Shown here: one piece after another, positions 1 through 11,819 of the stretch | How positions within the stretch are numbered: the stretch's first letter is position 1 | How the letters are laid out: each line of letters opens with the position of its first letter | Assembly: GCA_024626585.2 (NCBI GenBank) | Contig: JANKJI020000004.1 | Coordinates: 102,978,870-102,997,835 of the forward strand | DNA from: Ginkgo biloba | Taxonomy: Eukaryota; Plantae; Ginkgophyta | Reading direction: 5' to 3' | Length of the DNA stretch: 18,966 nucleotides | Program-made: the position numbers and the translations under genes | The notes under the pieces: model-generated | What the model saw: the letters and a program-made list of their open reading frames with translations, nothing else | What the model was told of the DNA's origin: nothing | Database searches by the model: none

Positions 1-2046
1 AAGATTTTTGCACATTGTGTTATCTTTTAACACCTTCAATCCATGTGACTGTGACTTTTCATGATAGGGGGCCTAAGTGACGGATTTAAAATTACATTTC
101 AAAATAGTTTAATCAAGTGAAACATTAGAAAATTCAAAAATTTTAAAAATTGTTGCTCTTTATTGCACGACCGTCGTTCCATTTTCTTCGTCGTCATTTC
201 ATCGCGTTGATCTATTTCTCCTCCATGCTGATCGATTTAACTTTTCTAATGATGCATGGTGTTTGGCTTGGTATTCCATAGGCTGTTCACACTGTTCTAT
301 CTTCAATCTGCCATTATTTTCTTGTGAATTCTTCAGCTCATGGTTGTCGTTTAATATCTTTTCACTAATGGTTGCTCTATTGCATCACACGTTGGTTCCT
401 CCCTACAGCCTGTTTCTTAACTTCTCCTAGCCCATGAGGGATTTTAAACTTCATGGTAATCGCTTGAAACCTCTACAATGACCCCACATCCTGTGTGCCT
501 CTTCACTGTCGATGGCTCATATATCTTCAAGTTCTACAACATATCAATATATACCATGGTCCTTCTCCATTACCCACAATAGGTCACCAGGCCTGCACTA
601 TGGTCTCAAATAACTCCAAGAAGGTTATTTCATCTATTACGATTTACTAGGGTCGCCAGGGTTAAACATATCTTCTTCTACACAACCACTATTTCTTTTT
701 CAAATCTTGCAGCTTCAAACCCTTCAAACCACCTGCGAACTTCAAACCCTTATCAAATATTTAAATGCCTTGGCATATGCAATAATCCTTAGCCCCCACG
801 ACCCTTCTGCAACTTCACTGCATGCTTTATAAAGGTTGTTAATCTTTAAAACTTCAACCAGATCTACTCAGGGGTCAATTTCTACCATAGATCTTTAATA
901 GTTTATACACTGCATAGTCACACATATGGTCATCCAAACCCTAATAATTTTTTCTCTTTCTTCACTGTGTACAATCTGTAAAAAGAAAAACTTCCTAGGG
1001 TTTAAGAAAATATATCCTCTACAAACCTGACCATAAAATTCCACGATCAATTTTTGGTCACACCTGTAATGAATCTTCACATTACAAACTTGAAAAACTT
1101 GGTTGAACATAAATATTAATTATTAAACTTCATAGAGATTTAACCATAAAATCGCATATACTGTACCACTTCTTAAGATAAGTTATGAACATAAAATAAT
1201 TGTTAAGTCATAAAAAAACACTCATAACTTAGGTTAGGAATACACCCAGGGTCTTAAAAAAATAAACCAACTGCAACTAGAACACAAGGATCTCCAAAAA
1301 TCTAATCTATTCAGACTTCAAACCCTTAACATTTAAAATAACCCTGAAATATGTAGCTTATAGGTTAAAACCAGAAAACCCCAAACCACAGATCTAAACC
1401 TGAGAACTGAACACAAACCAAACCAGAACCATAGGTGTCTAGGATTTGATACCAGATTAAAATTTTGAAGTGAATAATCATAACATAACACCAAGATAAT
1501 CACAATAGAATTAAATAAATAAATATGTTTGTTATTCATGGTGGTACCAGCTTACAATATATACAAATTGTCACCGAGGACCTTCTCAGACCAAGACTAG
1601 ATACCCAAANNNNNNNNNNNNNNNNNNNNNNNNNNNNNNNNNNNNNNNNNNNNNNNNNNNNNNNNNNNNNNNNNNNNNNNNNNNNNNNNNNNNNNNNNNN
1701 NNNNNNNNNTTGTTTTTTCTTATATAATGATTAGAGAATATGAATATGTGTACGTTTTCATTGTATTTTAATCCATAAATGTACAATTTAGAGAAGTGTG
1801 TAAAATTGTTATATGAATAGTTCACATTTTTTTGTTGCTATTTGAAACTTTTATGTTGATCACAATAGATTTTATATTCTTTTAGTTAAGATAAAAAAAT
1901 TACTTTTCCTATAACGATCGAATTTTGTCGATGATTGAAATCAGAGATACATTGGCCAAATGTTTTTTGAATTTTTTTAAACGTAGAAATCAAAACATTT
2001 GGTTGAAAAATTTTAATGGCCACTAAATGAAAACAAATGCTAATGG

Positions 2047-2289
2047 TTTTCCCTCCCTTCCCTCCCTCCATATATTCATCCTACCATCCATGACCATTTG
2101 CTCCCCTGTCCCTCCCTTCCTTGGGGTGCCAACATGCTTCCTTCTCCATTCACATTTTGTTCCTCCCTTCTTCCCTTACCTTTCCCCCATTTGTCCCTCC
2201 CTCTTCCCCACGATATCTACTAAGCTACTTCATCCCCATTACATCCTTCTCTTCTTCCCTCACTTTCCCCCCCCCCCCCCCCCTCCCAT
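2047..2289. repeat. Pyrimidine (C/T)-rich low-complexity tract ending in a C17 homopolymer
   Basis: Repeated TCCC/CCCT/CTTC words. The C run at 2267-2283 lies just before an N gap. The overlapping Pro/Phe-rich ORFs are a composition effect. Confidence 0.8.
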
Positions 2290-3359
2290 NNNNNNNNNNN
2301 NNNNNNNNNNNNNNNNNNNNCCTAATAATCTTTGGTTGAGTATTTTGCATCCTAAATATACCAACTTGGGCAGGTATCTTTGTTTTGATTTAGAATTAGA
2401 TTGATCGGGAAATTGTACACACAACTTTATTTAGTGGTTGTAATATAAACATCTACCAAAGCAAGCAATATTTTTCAAAATGCAAGAGAACAAATACCAA
2501 TTCCCTTCCTAGATCGAGTCCAACATTGCTAAAAATAATCTTATTGCNNNNNNNNNNNNNNNNNNNNNNNNCTCCTAGAAGACGCATATTCTCCTAAAAC
2601 GTTCATTGCTTCTCTCCATCTTCTTCCTCCGCATGCACTATAATACCATTTAGTTTAGGCCATCTACAAAGTCATCTCCAACTCTTTCCAATACTTTTTG
2701 TAATAAATTATGCCACTGAGGACACCAAACCCAAGAACACATGTTCCTTCAAATCTACAAACCAAACTACACTGCCAATTAGTATCTATAAACCTATATT
2801 CTATTTTAGTAAAATAAAAATTATTAAAAAAAATTAGATTTGTATCAAAATTATCCAAATAGATCTCATTCTCTCATGAAATTTTACTCGGTCTAGGAAA
2901 GCCAAACTTGTTCAAAATTTTATTTCCCATGAATTTATGATAAGAAAATTTAAGAAAATCCTCTAGAAAATAATGTAAAAAATCTTGCACTATTGCTTTT
3001 ACCATATGGGTAGGCTTGGGGTATTAATCTAAATGGCATGATTAGAATGTAGGCTTTGATTACATTCAGGCACAAAAGAATGTTATAACATGAAAGTATT
3101 GGATATTTTTTGTACTTGTAGCTATATACCATGCACACCATAAGATATGTAGTTCTGATTTGAATGTTAACAAACTTAAAATTTCTTTCCATCATTCTTT
3201 AGCTTATAGACAAAGATTTGATCAACACTCAATTATATAATTATTTATAAAGTCAATGTNNNNNNNNNNNNNNNNNNNNNNNNNNNNNNNNNNNNNNNNN
3301 NNNNNNNNNNNNNNNNNNNNNNNNNNNNNNNNNNNNNNNNNNNNNNNNNNNNNNNNNNN

Positions 3360-3878
3360 GCTCCAATGGATTAGTTTGGTGTGAATTTACTCTAGCAACG
3401 GTCTTGCCATTAAATGCTTGCAACGATGCCAAATTTATCTCTGGGAAATGGCTCACCGTCGTATACTAGTCCTCCACCTTCGTCGGTCTTCACATCCCTT
3501 AATTTCTACATGGCCAAATCACGTTGCCCCACTGTTTACCATCGACAAAGTTGGTCGGTTTCTCACCGATGAGGGTTCCAAGCTCTCTGCAGACAGGCAT
3601 CCACTTCCCCTCTTCTACTGACAGTGTCGGTGAACTTCCCCACCGATGGTGTCGACCAGCTTCCTCCAACGCGTGTTGATCTCTATTGATGAAGTCTGGA
3701 AAAGTCTCCAACAAGCGTCGACACTCACTTCAGTGACGAGGTCAGTCCTAGCGACACCAACGTGGTCAATTTTCTCTACTCTGACATCACCCAAAAAAGT
3801 CTCCGTCGACGACCAAGACATCCTTTCACTGACGACGTCGACCACCCAGCCCTGTGGGCGCCGGATGCTCCTGCATCA
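3360..3878 (-). mobile_element. 5' part of an LTR of the TGATGCAGGAGCATCC family, reverse orientation, truncated by a gap
   Basis: Ends in GGATGCTCCTGCATCA at 3863-3878. It aligns colinearly with the reverse complement of 10722-11216, e.g. gctccaatggattagtttggtgt vs gctctaatggatcagtttggtgt, and ttaatttctacatggcca vs ttaatttctgcatggcca. Confidence 0.75.
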
Positions 3879-4045
3879 TCAACTTATTCTCTAGGGAATA
3901 ACTATTGACATCCTTGGGGTTGGCTTTAGTAAAGGGGTACCATATGGGGGATAGGTAAATTGGGATGACAAAGAAAAACTACGATGAAGGGAGGTGGAGG
4001 GAAGAAGTCGAGTTGAGGAGATGATGACTTTGCTTGCATTAGCGT

Positions 4046-4767
4046 TGATGCAGGAGCATCCCCTTGGCTCTAAGAGGTTGGTCGACGCTGTCGACCGAGG
4101 CTAAAATGACATTCGTTGGTGGAGGAATAAGGTGAATCAACACCATCGGTAGAGAGAGAAAATTCGTCCATGATAGTGACTATGAAATCTAACCTCGTCG
4201 GTATAAGAGGCAAAATTGACAGCGTTGCTGGNNNNNNNNNNCATTGGTAGAGTAGCAGAGAAGTTTGACGCCGTTGGTGGAGCATGGGACCAACACTGTC
4301 GGTAGAAGCATACCTCGTTGGTATGGCACACAAAATTGACATCGTCCCTAGAATGGAGGATAGGCTCCGTAAGTGAAGAAAGGTAAACTGACATCGTCGG
4401 TAGAAGATAAAACTGACCTCATCGATTGGGGGTAGCCGACTGACATCATCGGTAGGGCAACAAACTGACCTCTTCGGTGGATGAAGGAAAATTAAAATTC
4501 ACTTATCAAGCAGGTATTGAACCTCATCAGTGAAGAAAGAGAATCCAACAACGTCAGTGAGGCAGTAAACCGATGTGAGGCAGGGAGATCCTGGTCGATA
4601 GAGTTAAATAAGAAGCCGACGACAAGGAAGGTGACTTGGGTCGACTAAAAGAAATAAATTGATTTATTTCCCAAGATGAGCACCGGTAGGGAGTGTGGGT
4701 AGGTAGCAACATTAAGTTCTCATGTATGCACCTGGAGGAGCCGAAGTAGAAGACGCGCCTGAGGGAA
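4046..4767 (+). mobile_element. 5' part of a related LTR (diverged subfamily, expanded palindrome array), truncated by a gap
   Basis: Starts TGATGCAGGAGCATCC at 4046, a 16/16 match to the 3878 terminus. The same GAC-N3-GTC motif array follows. The right boundary is not visible. Confidence 0.65.
4081..4560. repeat. Array of about 15 degenerate palindromes, consensus AC(C/T)GAC-NNN-GTCGGT, spaced roughly 25-30 bp
   Basis: Examples: accaacactgtcggt 4289, actgacatcgtcggt 4387, actgacctcatcgat 4412, actgacatcatcggt 4439, actgacctcttcggt 4464. Confidence 0.8.
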
Positions 4768-5151
4768 NNNNNNNNNNNNNNNNNNNNNNNNNNNNNNNNN
4801 NNNNNNNNNNNNNNNNNNNNNNNNNNNNNNNNNNNNNNNNNNNNNNNNNNNNNNNNNNNNNNNNNNNATGAGCTATGATGAATCAAGATGATATTAGTAA
4901 TAGGTCTAACTATGTAGATATAAAAACCCTACCTTAGTTAATTAGGATATTATTTATACTCAAAGATATTTTGAGTCATTTAGTAGAGGAAGATAGTATA
5001 TCAAAATTTAATAGAGTGGTATTATGTTGGATGCTAAGTAATCATATTGAAGAGTGGTCAGATAAATCATTAAGGAAGAAAGAAAAATGGTAACCTTTTA
5101 AACTTATTAAGTAGTCAAGGATATCTTCATCTTATAGGCCATAGAGTGTCA

Positions 5152-6073
5152 AAAAATTTTATCTAAGGTGGATTTTTTGTCAAAGTATCTCTTCACCCTT
5201 TCTTGGTGCCTTTGAAGATTCTATTGGGCCTCTTATCTTATCTCCTCAAGGTTGAGGAAACTTTGTAACCTCTGCTTGATGAGGGACTGACTTTCGGTGT
5301 CGAACTGTGCCAGTTGAATGGCGGTCAAGGAGAGTTTAGAGGGTAGGATTGCTTCTTTGTCGTACATTAGTTAAAAAGGGGAATAACCAATAGACGCTTT
5401 AGGAGTGATCTGGTCCGCTCGCAGAGTTGCATGGAGTTTGATGTGCTCATCCCTTTGATATTTTCCAATGGTCTTCTTTAAAATTTTAACAAGATTTTTG
5501 TTGGTTGATTAAGCCAGGCCATTCCCTTATGGATGGTAACTAGAGGAAGGTAACAATAGTGCCCCAAACTTCTTGGTGAAATCAATCATATCATTATAAG
5601 TGAAGGTAGAACTATTGTTCGATAGTAGAACAATGGGGATTCCAAACTGAGGCATAAGTACCTGTTGCATGAACTTGATCACCACTCTCACCATTGCCCT
5701 TTTAGATGGAATGTATTCTAACCATCGGGTGAAATACTCTATGGCAGTGAGGATGAATTTATGCCCCTTACTTGAGTTGGGATTGATGGGAATGATAAAA
5801 TCCAACCCCCATTGCTCAAATGGACTATCAATGTGGATGGGATGGAGGACATTGCTGATAGCCTCTGCTTTCCTATAAATGTTTGGCATTCCTTGTAGCT
5901 TCTAACCCTTTGGAAGGCATATTTAAATATAATAGGCCATAAGAATCTCACCTGTATGATTTTATGACTAGTGGTCGGCATAGAAAAATGGCCACCACAC
6001 ACTCCTACATGAGATTCATCCATGGATTTAGTCAATTCCTAAACACTAAGACATTAGAGAAGAGAGCCATCAT
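5152..6073 (-). pseudogene. pol: Ty3/gypsy (Tat-like) integrase, decayed copy 1
   Basis: Zinc-finger region SHVGVCGGHFS...WPIIFK...SYKECQ and core PFEQWGLDFIIPINP...FILTAIEYFTRW...QFGIP...YHP*GNGLA*STNKNL. Contains frameshifts and stops. Homology ends at ~5152, next to a ...GTGTCA terminus. Confidence 0.93.
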
Positions 6074-6173
6074 NNNNNNNNNNNNNNNNNNNNNNNNNNN
6101 NNNNNNNNNNNNNNNNNNNNNNNNNNNNNNNNNNNNNNNNNNNNNNNNNNNNNNNNNNNNNNNNNNNNNNNNN

Positions 6174-8300
6174 ATTTTAAGTGGACCACGCCACAAAGAA
6201 TCACACTTCTTGTGAACCCTTGGTTTCTCCCTTGCTTTATCCCATAACAAGACTTTATCATCGACCTTGAATTTTTTATGTAATGCGACTTTTTTGTCAA
6301 AGTACCTCTTGACTATTTTCTGGTGCTTAGTAAGCTTATGCCAGGATTCTTCTCTCCTCTCTTCGAGGTTGTGGAAAATTTACAACCTTTGTTCAATAAG
6401 GGACTATTTTTTCGTATCAAAATCAACGAGATGAAGGGTAGTTAAGGAGATATTTGAAGGAAGGATAACCTCTTTACCATAGACCACTAGGAATGGAAAG
6501 TATCCAATTATTACTTTAAGGATAATCCTATTTCCCCATAGGGTTGTATAGAATATGATATGCCAGTCTCTTTGGTTTTGCCCAATGGTATTCTTTATAA
6601 TTTTGATTAGGTTCTTATTTGTTCATTCCACCAGACCATTCCCTTACAGATAGTAATTGGAGGAAGGTAAAAACATAATCCCATACCTCCTAGAAAAATA
6701 TATCATATCATTATATATAAAGGTATACCATTGTTAGATATTAAGATAGTGAGGACTTTGAACCAAGGCATAAGGACCTATTCCATGAATTATATCACCA
6801 CTCCCATAGTTTCCCTTTTAGATGGAATGGATTATAACCATCGAGTAAAATAGTCGGTGGAATTGAGGATGAATTTATTCCCCTTGGTTGAATTGGGATT
6901 GATTAGACCTATAAAGTCAAACCTCGACTACTTAAATGGTCTATCAACATGGATAGGCTACATGGATATTTTTTATAGCTTCTACTTTTTTACAAAATTT
7001 TGGCATTCTTTGTATCTTCTAACTATATGGAAGGTATCCTTAAAAATGATGGGCCAAAAGAATCTTGCTCATATGATTTTGTGAGTGGTCGTATGTATAT
7101 AAAATTTTCTCCCATATACACATATATGAATCTCATCTCGTTCTTCAACCGACTCCTGAATACTAAGGCACCGAAGAAGAGTGATATCATACACCTTCTT
7201 ATAAAATTTTCCCTGTAATAGGACATAGGAAATGGATTTAATATTCAAATATATTTTGGCATTCTTATTGAGGTAGTTTGGGCATCCTCCCTCCATTAGA
7301 TAAGACCTCATGTCCTCCAAAAAGGGGTCATACTCTGCCTCATCTTGGTTCAATACCATCGCATTTAACAAACCTTCATCTTGTTGGATTTCCTCCTTCT
7401 GGAGCTGGACTAAGATTTCATCCTAGGAATCAATAATCATCTTGCATAGGCCTTTCCCCTTCACAATCCTCATGGGATTTATGTCCACATTAAATTCTAG
7501 ATTTTTGTCAGCCAATGTGCCTATCTACGTAATGGCTCAGTTTGGCTTGGCATGACCTTCACTACCATTAAGGGAACATAGGCTATGGTATGGATGTGAA
7601 TGATGTAAGACTTGAAGTCATCAATTGCCTTGACTAGGGAAAATGCTTGCTTCTCCACAAGGATATACCAGAGTTGATAGTTTTTCAACAACTGACTTAA
7701 TAATGCAATTGATTTCTCATGGCCTTCATCATCTTTTTGCACGAGCATTGCAACGTATGCTTCACCTCAGGCGTAGGAGTAGATCAAGAAGTCTTTGTTG
7801 AATTCGGGTCTGACCAGGACTAGAGCTTTAACAATCCATTCCTTGATCTCACTGAAAGTCTCCTTGGCTTCTTTGCTCCACTTGAACTCAACATCCTTTT
7901 TAAGTAACCTATTGATTGGCAAGGTGACCTATGCAAAATTAAGAATAAACCTTCATAAGAAATTAATATTTTCAAATAAGGACTACACTNNNNNNNNNNN
8001 NNNNNNNNNNNNNNNNNNNNNNNNNNNNNNNNNNNNNNNNNNNNNNNNNNNNNNNNNNNNNNNNNNNNNNNNNNNNNNNNNNNNGTTTCCATTCTATCAC
8101 CTTGAGCACTGAATTCTTCGGGTTTAATGGGATGCCCCACTCTCTGAATTTTTGGAAGACTTGCTTCAGGTGCATTGCATGGTCTTGTCATTTTCTTAAT
8201 AATACAATGAGATCATCTAGGTAGACAACCACTATTTTTCCAATCGACTCTTCGAAGGCAAAATCCATCTCCCTCTAGAATGTGGCTCCCACATTGATTA
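6174..8300 (-). pseudogene. pol: Ty3/gypsy (Tat-like) pol: RT C-terminal half, RNase H and integrase, decayed copy 2
   Basis: LINVGATF*REMDFAF...VVVYLDDLIV (YLDD at 8212-8223), LNPKNSV, RNase H-like VEKQAFSLVKAIDDFKSY...HWLTKI, and integrase through MLWDKAREKPRVHKKCDSLWRGP. The order RT-RH-IN is diagnostic of gypsy. Confidence 0.95.
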
Positions 8301-8719
8301 TGTTGCACGTAGAACCCCGCCCATCCTTGCTTGTTTGGGTGGTGATTAACGTGGCATCCTAATGGTGGGTTTCTCTTATATTGTGTCTTCATTGGTGACT
8401 AGGCCTTCCACTTGGTTGTCCATTGGGGATTTTTCATTCCTTGTCTTTTATCTTCAGTTTATTGAGCTAGCCCCACTTTGTGTTAGATTTTTTGTTGTTG
8501 TCATTATTGGGTTGTATTTATGTTGATGGAGCAACCCTTTCTGTGAAACAATTTATTGTTGTAATATGTATTTATGAGCTTGGTATGGCTCATGATAGGG
8601 TGAGATGCAATGTTTGACTATTTTGTAATATTTTGAGAGGATTTTGTAATTATGTTGGAGGGTGCCCATCACCCTTTTAAATCAAAATTAAATGCAAAGC
8701 ATGGATGAAGGAAGGAGTT
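8301..8719. mobile_element. Probable LTR fragment inserted into the RT domain
   Basis: RT homology stops mid-motif at 8300. Unrelated non-coding G/T-rich sequence starts exactly with TGTTGCA at 8301. The other end is hidden by a gap. Confidence 0.45.
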
Positions 8720-8920
8720 NNNNNNNNNNNNNNNNNNNNNNNNNNNNNNNNNNNNNNNNNNNNNNNNNNNNNNNNNNNNNNNNNNNNNNNNNNNNNNNNN
8801 NNNNNNNNNNNNNNNNNNNTTTGTATGAATATTTCTCTACTCCTCATATTATGATTTTTATTTTAGAGCAGAGGATCATGCCAACTCTCTAAGATACATG
8901 GGAACTTTCAATGTTTAATA

Positions 8921-9258
8921 TATTTGTGGGACCAAGACATAGAATTCTAGAGAAGGAAGAACTAATACAAATTGGTTAAAGAAGGACAAATTTATTTTAT
9001 CAAGGCAAAAAAAACCCCGATCCTATTACTTTGATGAGTGAAACACAGGAAAAAATATTGGCCAATGCCTCCCACATGTCTATATTGTTAACTCTAAGAA
9101 CCATAGAGTTAACAAAAGAAAAAGATAAAGGTTTAAAACTAATTATCCAAAATGAAGCATAGTAGAGAGGACTCAATAGTTTACTTAATGAGTATACTAG
9201 TGTTTTCAAAGAACATAAGTGATTACCTCTTAGGAAAGAAATTGAGTATAGCATCAAA
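8921..9258 (+). pseudogene. pol: Protease-to-RT linker of a second, unrelated Ty3/gypsy element
   Basis: Manual translation with one frameshift gives YLWDQDIEF*RRKN*YKLVKEGQIYFIKAK...LANASHMSILL...LNSLLNEYTSVFKEHK*LPLRKEIEYSI. This matches the LLxEYxDVFxEPxGLPPxRxIEHxI pattern that precedes gypsy RT. Confidence 0.7.
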
Positions 9259-11264
9259 AGTGTCTATTAGTGTTCATTTTGGTACTTGGTTTATTTTAAA
9301 TAGACAGGTTTTACTACTGCAACTCAGAGAGGAAAGTACCCAAAATAACGTAATAGTAAGGAGTCACAAGACCCTCCGACTTATGAGGGGTGGTTCCCTT
9401 ATTACAAAAGAATAAATAAGTAAGATACTAAAATAAATGAAAACTATCTTCATCAAATACAAAATTGTGATTTGAAAAGGGGTCTGGCTCAATGTCGGGA
9501 GATGCATATGAAAAGAAAGAACTACTAATCATTTATCTCTTGAAAGAAAAGGATTACTACTGAGATCAATCTATCGACGTAGTTAGGCCTCTTGCTACAG
9601 TAGTGGGAGAAAGCTAAGAGAAAATATTTAGTGACATCTTGAGTATTGAAGAAGGGTAGTCCTCAATATCATACCACATGTTGATCGGACAAAATTATTA
9701 GATTGATCATAGAGTAGGATATCTCAAATTACATTCATTTTCAATTTAACAACATAGTTAGATGAATAAGAACAACACTAGTAATTTGCCTAAACAGAAG
9801 CCATAATTCACAACAAGCATTATAAATGACTAGAAATGAGTGTTCCAAAAACTTTCTTCTTTTCAATTATGCAAAAGAACTTTCCCCCTTCTAGGGTAAT
9901 TACAAGAGAGTCACTAATTGATAATCATTTTTTCTCACATAACACAGAAAACTCTTAGAAACCAAAAATTCCAAAATTTTTTGAACCCCTCTCCCATAAT
10001 TTTCATCACCTTTTATAACCTTGTTCTGGGGGCATTGTGTAACTGTTCACAAATGCTTCTTTCTTTCTCTGACACTGGTCAACATGTAATACTTTCTTGA
10101 AAATTCTGTTGCATTATAACAATTACTGAAGGTGTTATCATTTTCCCTACAACCTAGTATGAACTTCGGGAGAAAGAGCGAATATTAACTTACTTTGTTT
10201 TCCCCTCAGGATTAATGACAACATGGATGGATCCACATAAGCAATGGAAGGACCGATCTCAAAGCACTCCACATCACCTGTTCCACTAATAGGAAATTCA
10301 AAATGGGCTTGTGATGATGTGTGAGGTTCAAGAAGGCCTAGGGGAACAAATAATAGGGGCTCCAAAGGACTAATGATAATNNNNNNNNNNNNNNNNNNNN
10401 NNNNNNNNNNNNNNNNNNNNNNNNNNNNNNNNNNNNNNNNNNNNNNNNNNNNNNNNNNNNNNNNNNNNNNNNNNNNNNNNTTAGTTATTGTCTCCACAAG
10501 TTTAATAAGTCAGATGCACCTATGATGTGCGTCTTGAAATTATTTCTACGGCATTAAAATTTCTCTCTCCTTTTGTGATGTTTGTCCCACATTGATTGTG
10601 TGGGGGTCCTTCAATGGTTTAAAAGGCCCAATATGCCATGATCCTTATGCAAACTGAGTTGAAGAGTTTTTGAAGCTCTCATGATTCTTGTATTAGTATA
10701 ATGGTTGATTGGTTGAGGTGCTAATGCAGGAGCATCCAGGTTTGTTAGAGTCGGGTGGCTGACATCGTTGACAGGAGAAGATTTGATGTTGGATTGCCAA
10801 TAACTGACCTCGTCAGTGTTCATCAGGACCAATGCCATTGGTGAGCAGGGAACTGACATCATCGAAGAAGTAAGTACCGACGTTGTCGAAGAGCTAGGAT
10901 CAGACCTCGTCGAAGGAAACTGACACACCTTAGAGACAGTTCACCAATACCATCAGGGACAATGGAGTATTGAGTGCCAAATTTATAGAGTCATTTGAAA
11001 CCACATCGGCGAGGAACCAACTAACTTCGTCGGAGGTAGACGAAAACCAAAAGGTGGCCATGCAGAAATTAACTTAAGGAAAGTCCAAACTAACAAAAAG
11101 TGCATGTTTATTCCTGGATAGTGAGCCATTGCACCAAGATGGATTCAACACCTTAGAGAGCATTAATGACAATGTTGTTACAAGAGTAAAGGTACACCAA
11201 ACTGATCCATTAGAGCAGAAGGAGACGTTTGGAAGCTGAGGCACATGTTTGTTGCATTAGAGGC

Positions 11265-11272
11265 TATAAATA
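11265..11272 (+). promoter_or_regulatory. Candidate LTR TATA box (TATAAATA)
   Basis: ggcTATAAATAaacc lies mid-LTR, downstream of the palindrome array, as expected for a U3 promoter. Confidence 0.5.
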
Positions 11273-11807
11273 AACCTCACTCTATGTTAGTGGAAGAGGT
11301 TAGAGTTTAGAGCACCGAAAGGCTACCAAAATTCAGAGCGATTGAAAGCCAGGTAGAGTGGTTAGGTAAGTAACCAACTACTAGCGATATTGGAGGTTGA
11401 GGTGTTGACAAACTTAGAGCCATTTGGGGAGTTAAATACCGTAAGGCATACTGTAATGCCTGTGTGCAATTGATTTATAGGCCGTGGGCCATTTCATTTC
11501 TGTGTAAGCCAAGTGGTGGCAGTTGATGTAAGGGCTATGGTCCATTTAATTCTGAGGAGCTATAAATCCTGGAGTTTTATTCCCCGTGAGGGTTTCTCCA
11601 GTTGCAAACCTGTGTCAAGCTTCCCATGGTCTGTTTGGGTGTTGTTTTCAGCTTTAATCTGCGTTTGTGTGTGATTCGGAAATCGCGGCAGAATATTGTG
11701 CACCGCACTCGAATTCGTGAAAGATCTTGTGAGGACCAGGGGTTGGGTTGAACGTCGATGCACCCTTCGTGTCAGCCTTCACCCCCCCCCCTCGGTCCCT
11801 GTGTTGA

Positions 11808-11819
11808 TGGTATCAAAGC
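11808..11819 (+). other. Initiator-Met tRNA primer-binding-site-like motif
   Basis: TGGTATCAAAGC matches the canonical plant TGGTATCAGAGC at 11/12 positions and lies about 15 bp after the C-rich motif. It is not immediately preceded by CA. Confidence 0.5.

Noticed and set aside
160-700. Possible decayed minus-strand coding remnant (E/K/N-rich stretch)
   Set aside because: No family assignment is possible and the frame is broken.
2572-2760. Possible minus-strand exon or Harbinger-transposase tail (acceptor-like tttggtttgtag; HNLLQKVLERVGDDFVDG)
   Set aside because: Stops occur in all frames and there is no diagnostic catalytic motif; too weak to call.
895-3195. Short ORFs in the AT-rich left part
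   Set aside because: No recognisable domains; composition is F/I/L/N/Y-biased, and several use non-ATG starts or span N gaps.
3418-4394. Ser/Thr/Asp-rich ORFs over the LTR palindrome arrays (also 10611-10928)
   Set aside because: By-products of GC-richer repeated motifs; frames are not conserved between copies.
4081-4560. CRISPR-like look of regularly spaced palindromic repeats with unique spacers
   Set aside because: Repeats are only ~15 bp and degenerate, spacers are ~10 bp, there are no cas genes, and the context is a plant retroelement.
5669-8112. Plus-strand ORFs 5669-5878, 6857-7084, 7000-7218 and 7795-8112
   Set aside because: Antisense shadows of pol with no independent motifs.
9870-10600. 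Scattered pyrimidine runs as minus-strand polypurine tracts of a copia element
   Set aside because: No adjacent LTR start or copia coding motif could be tied to them.
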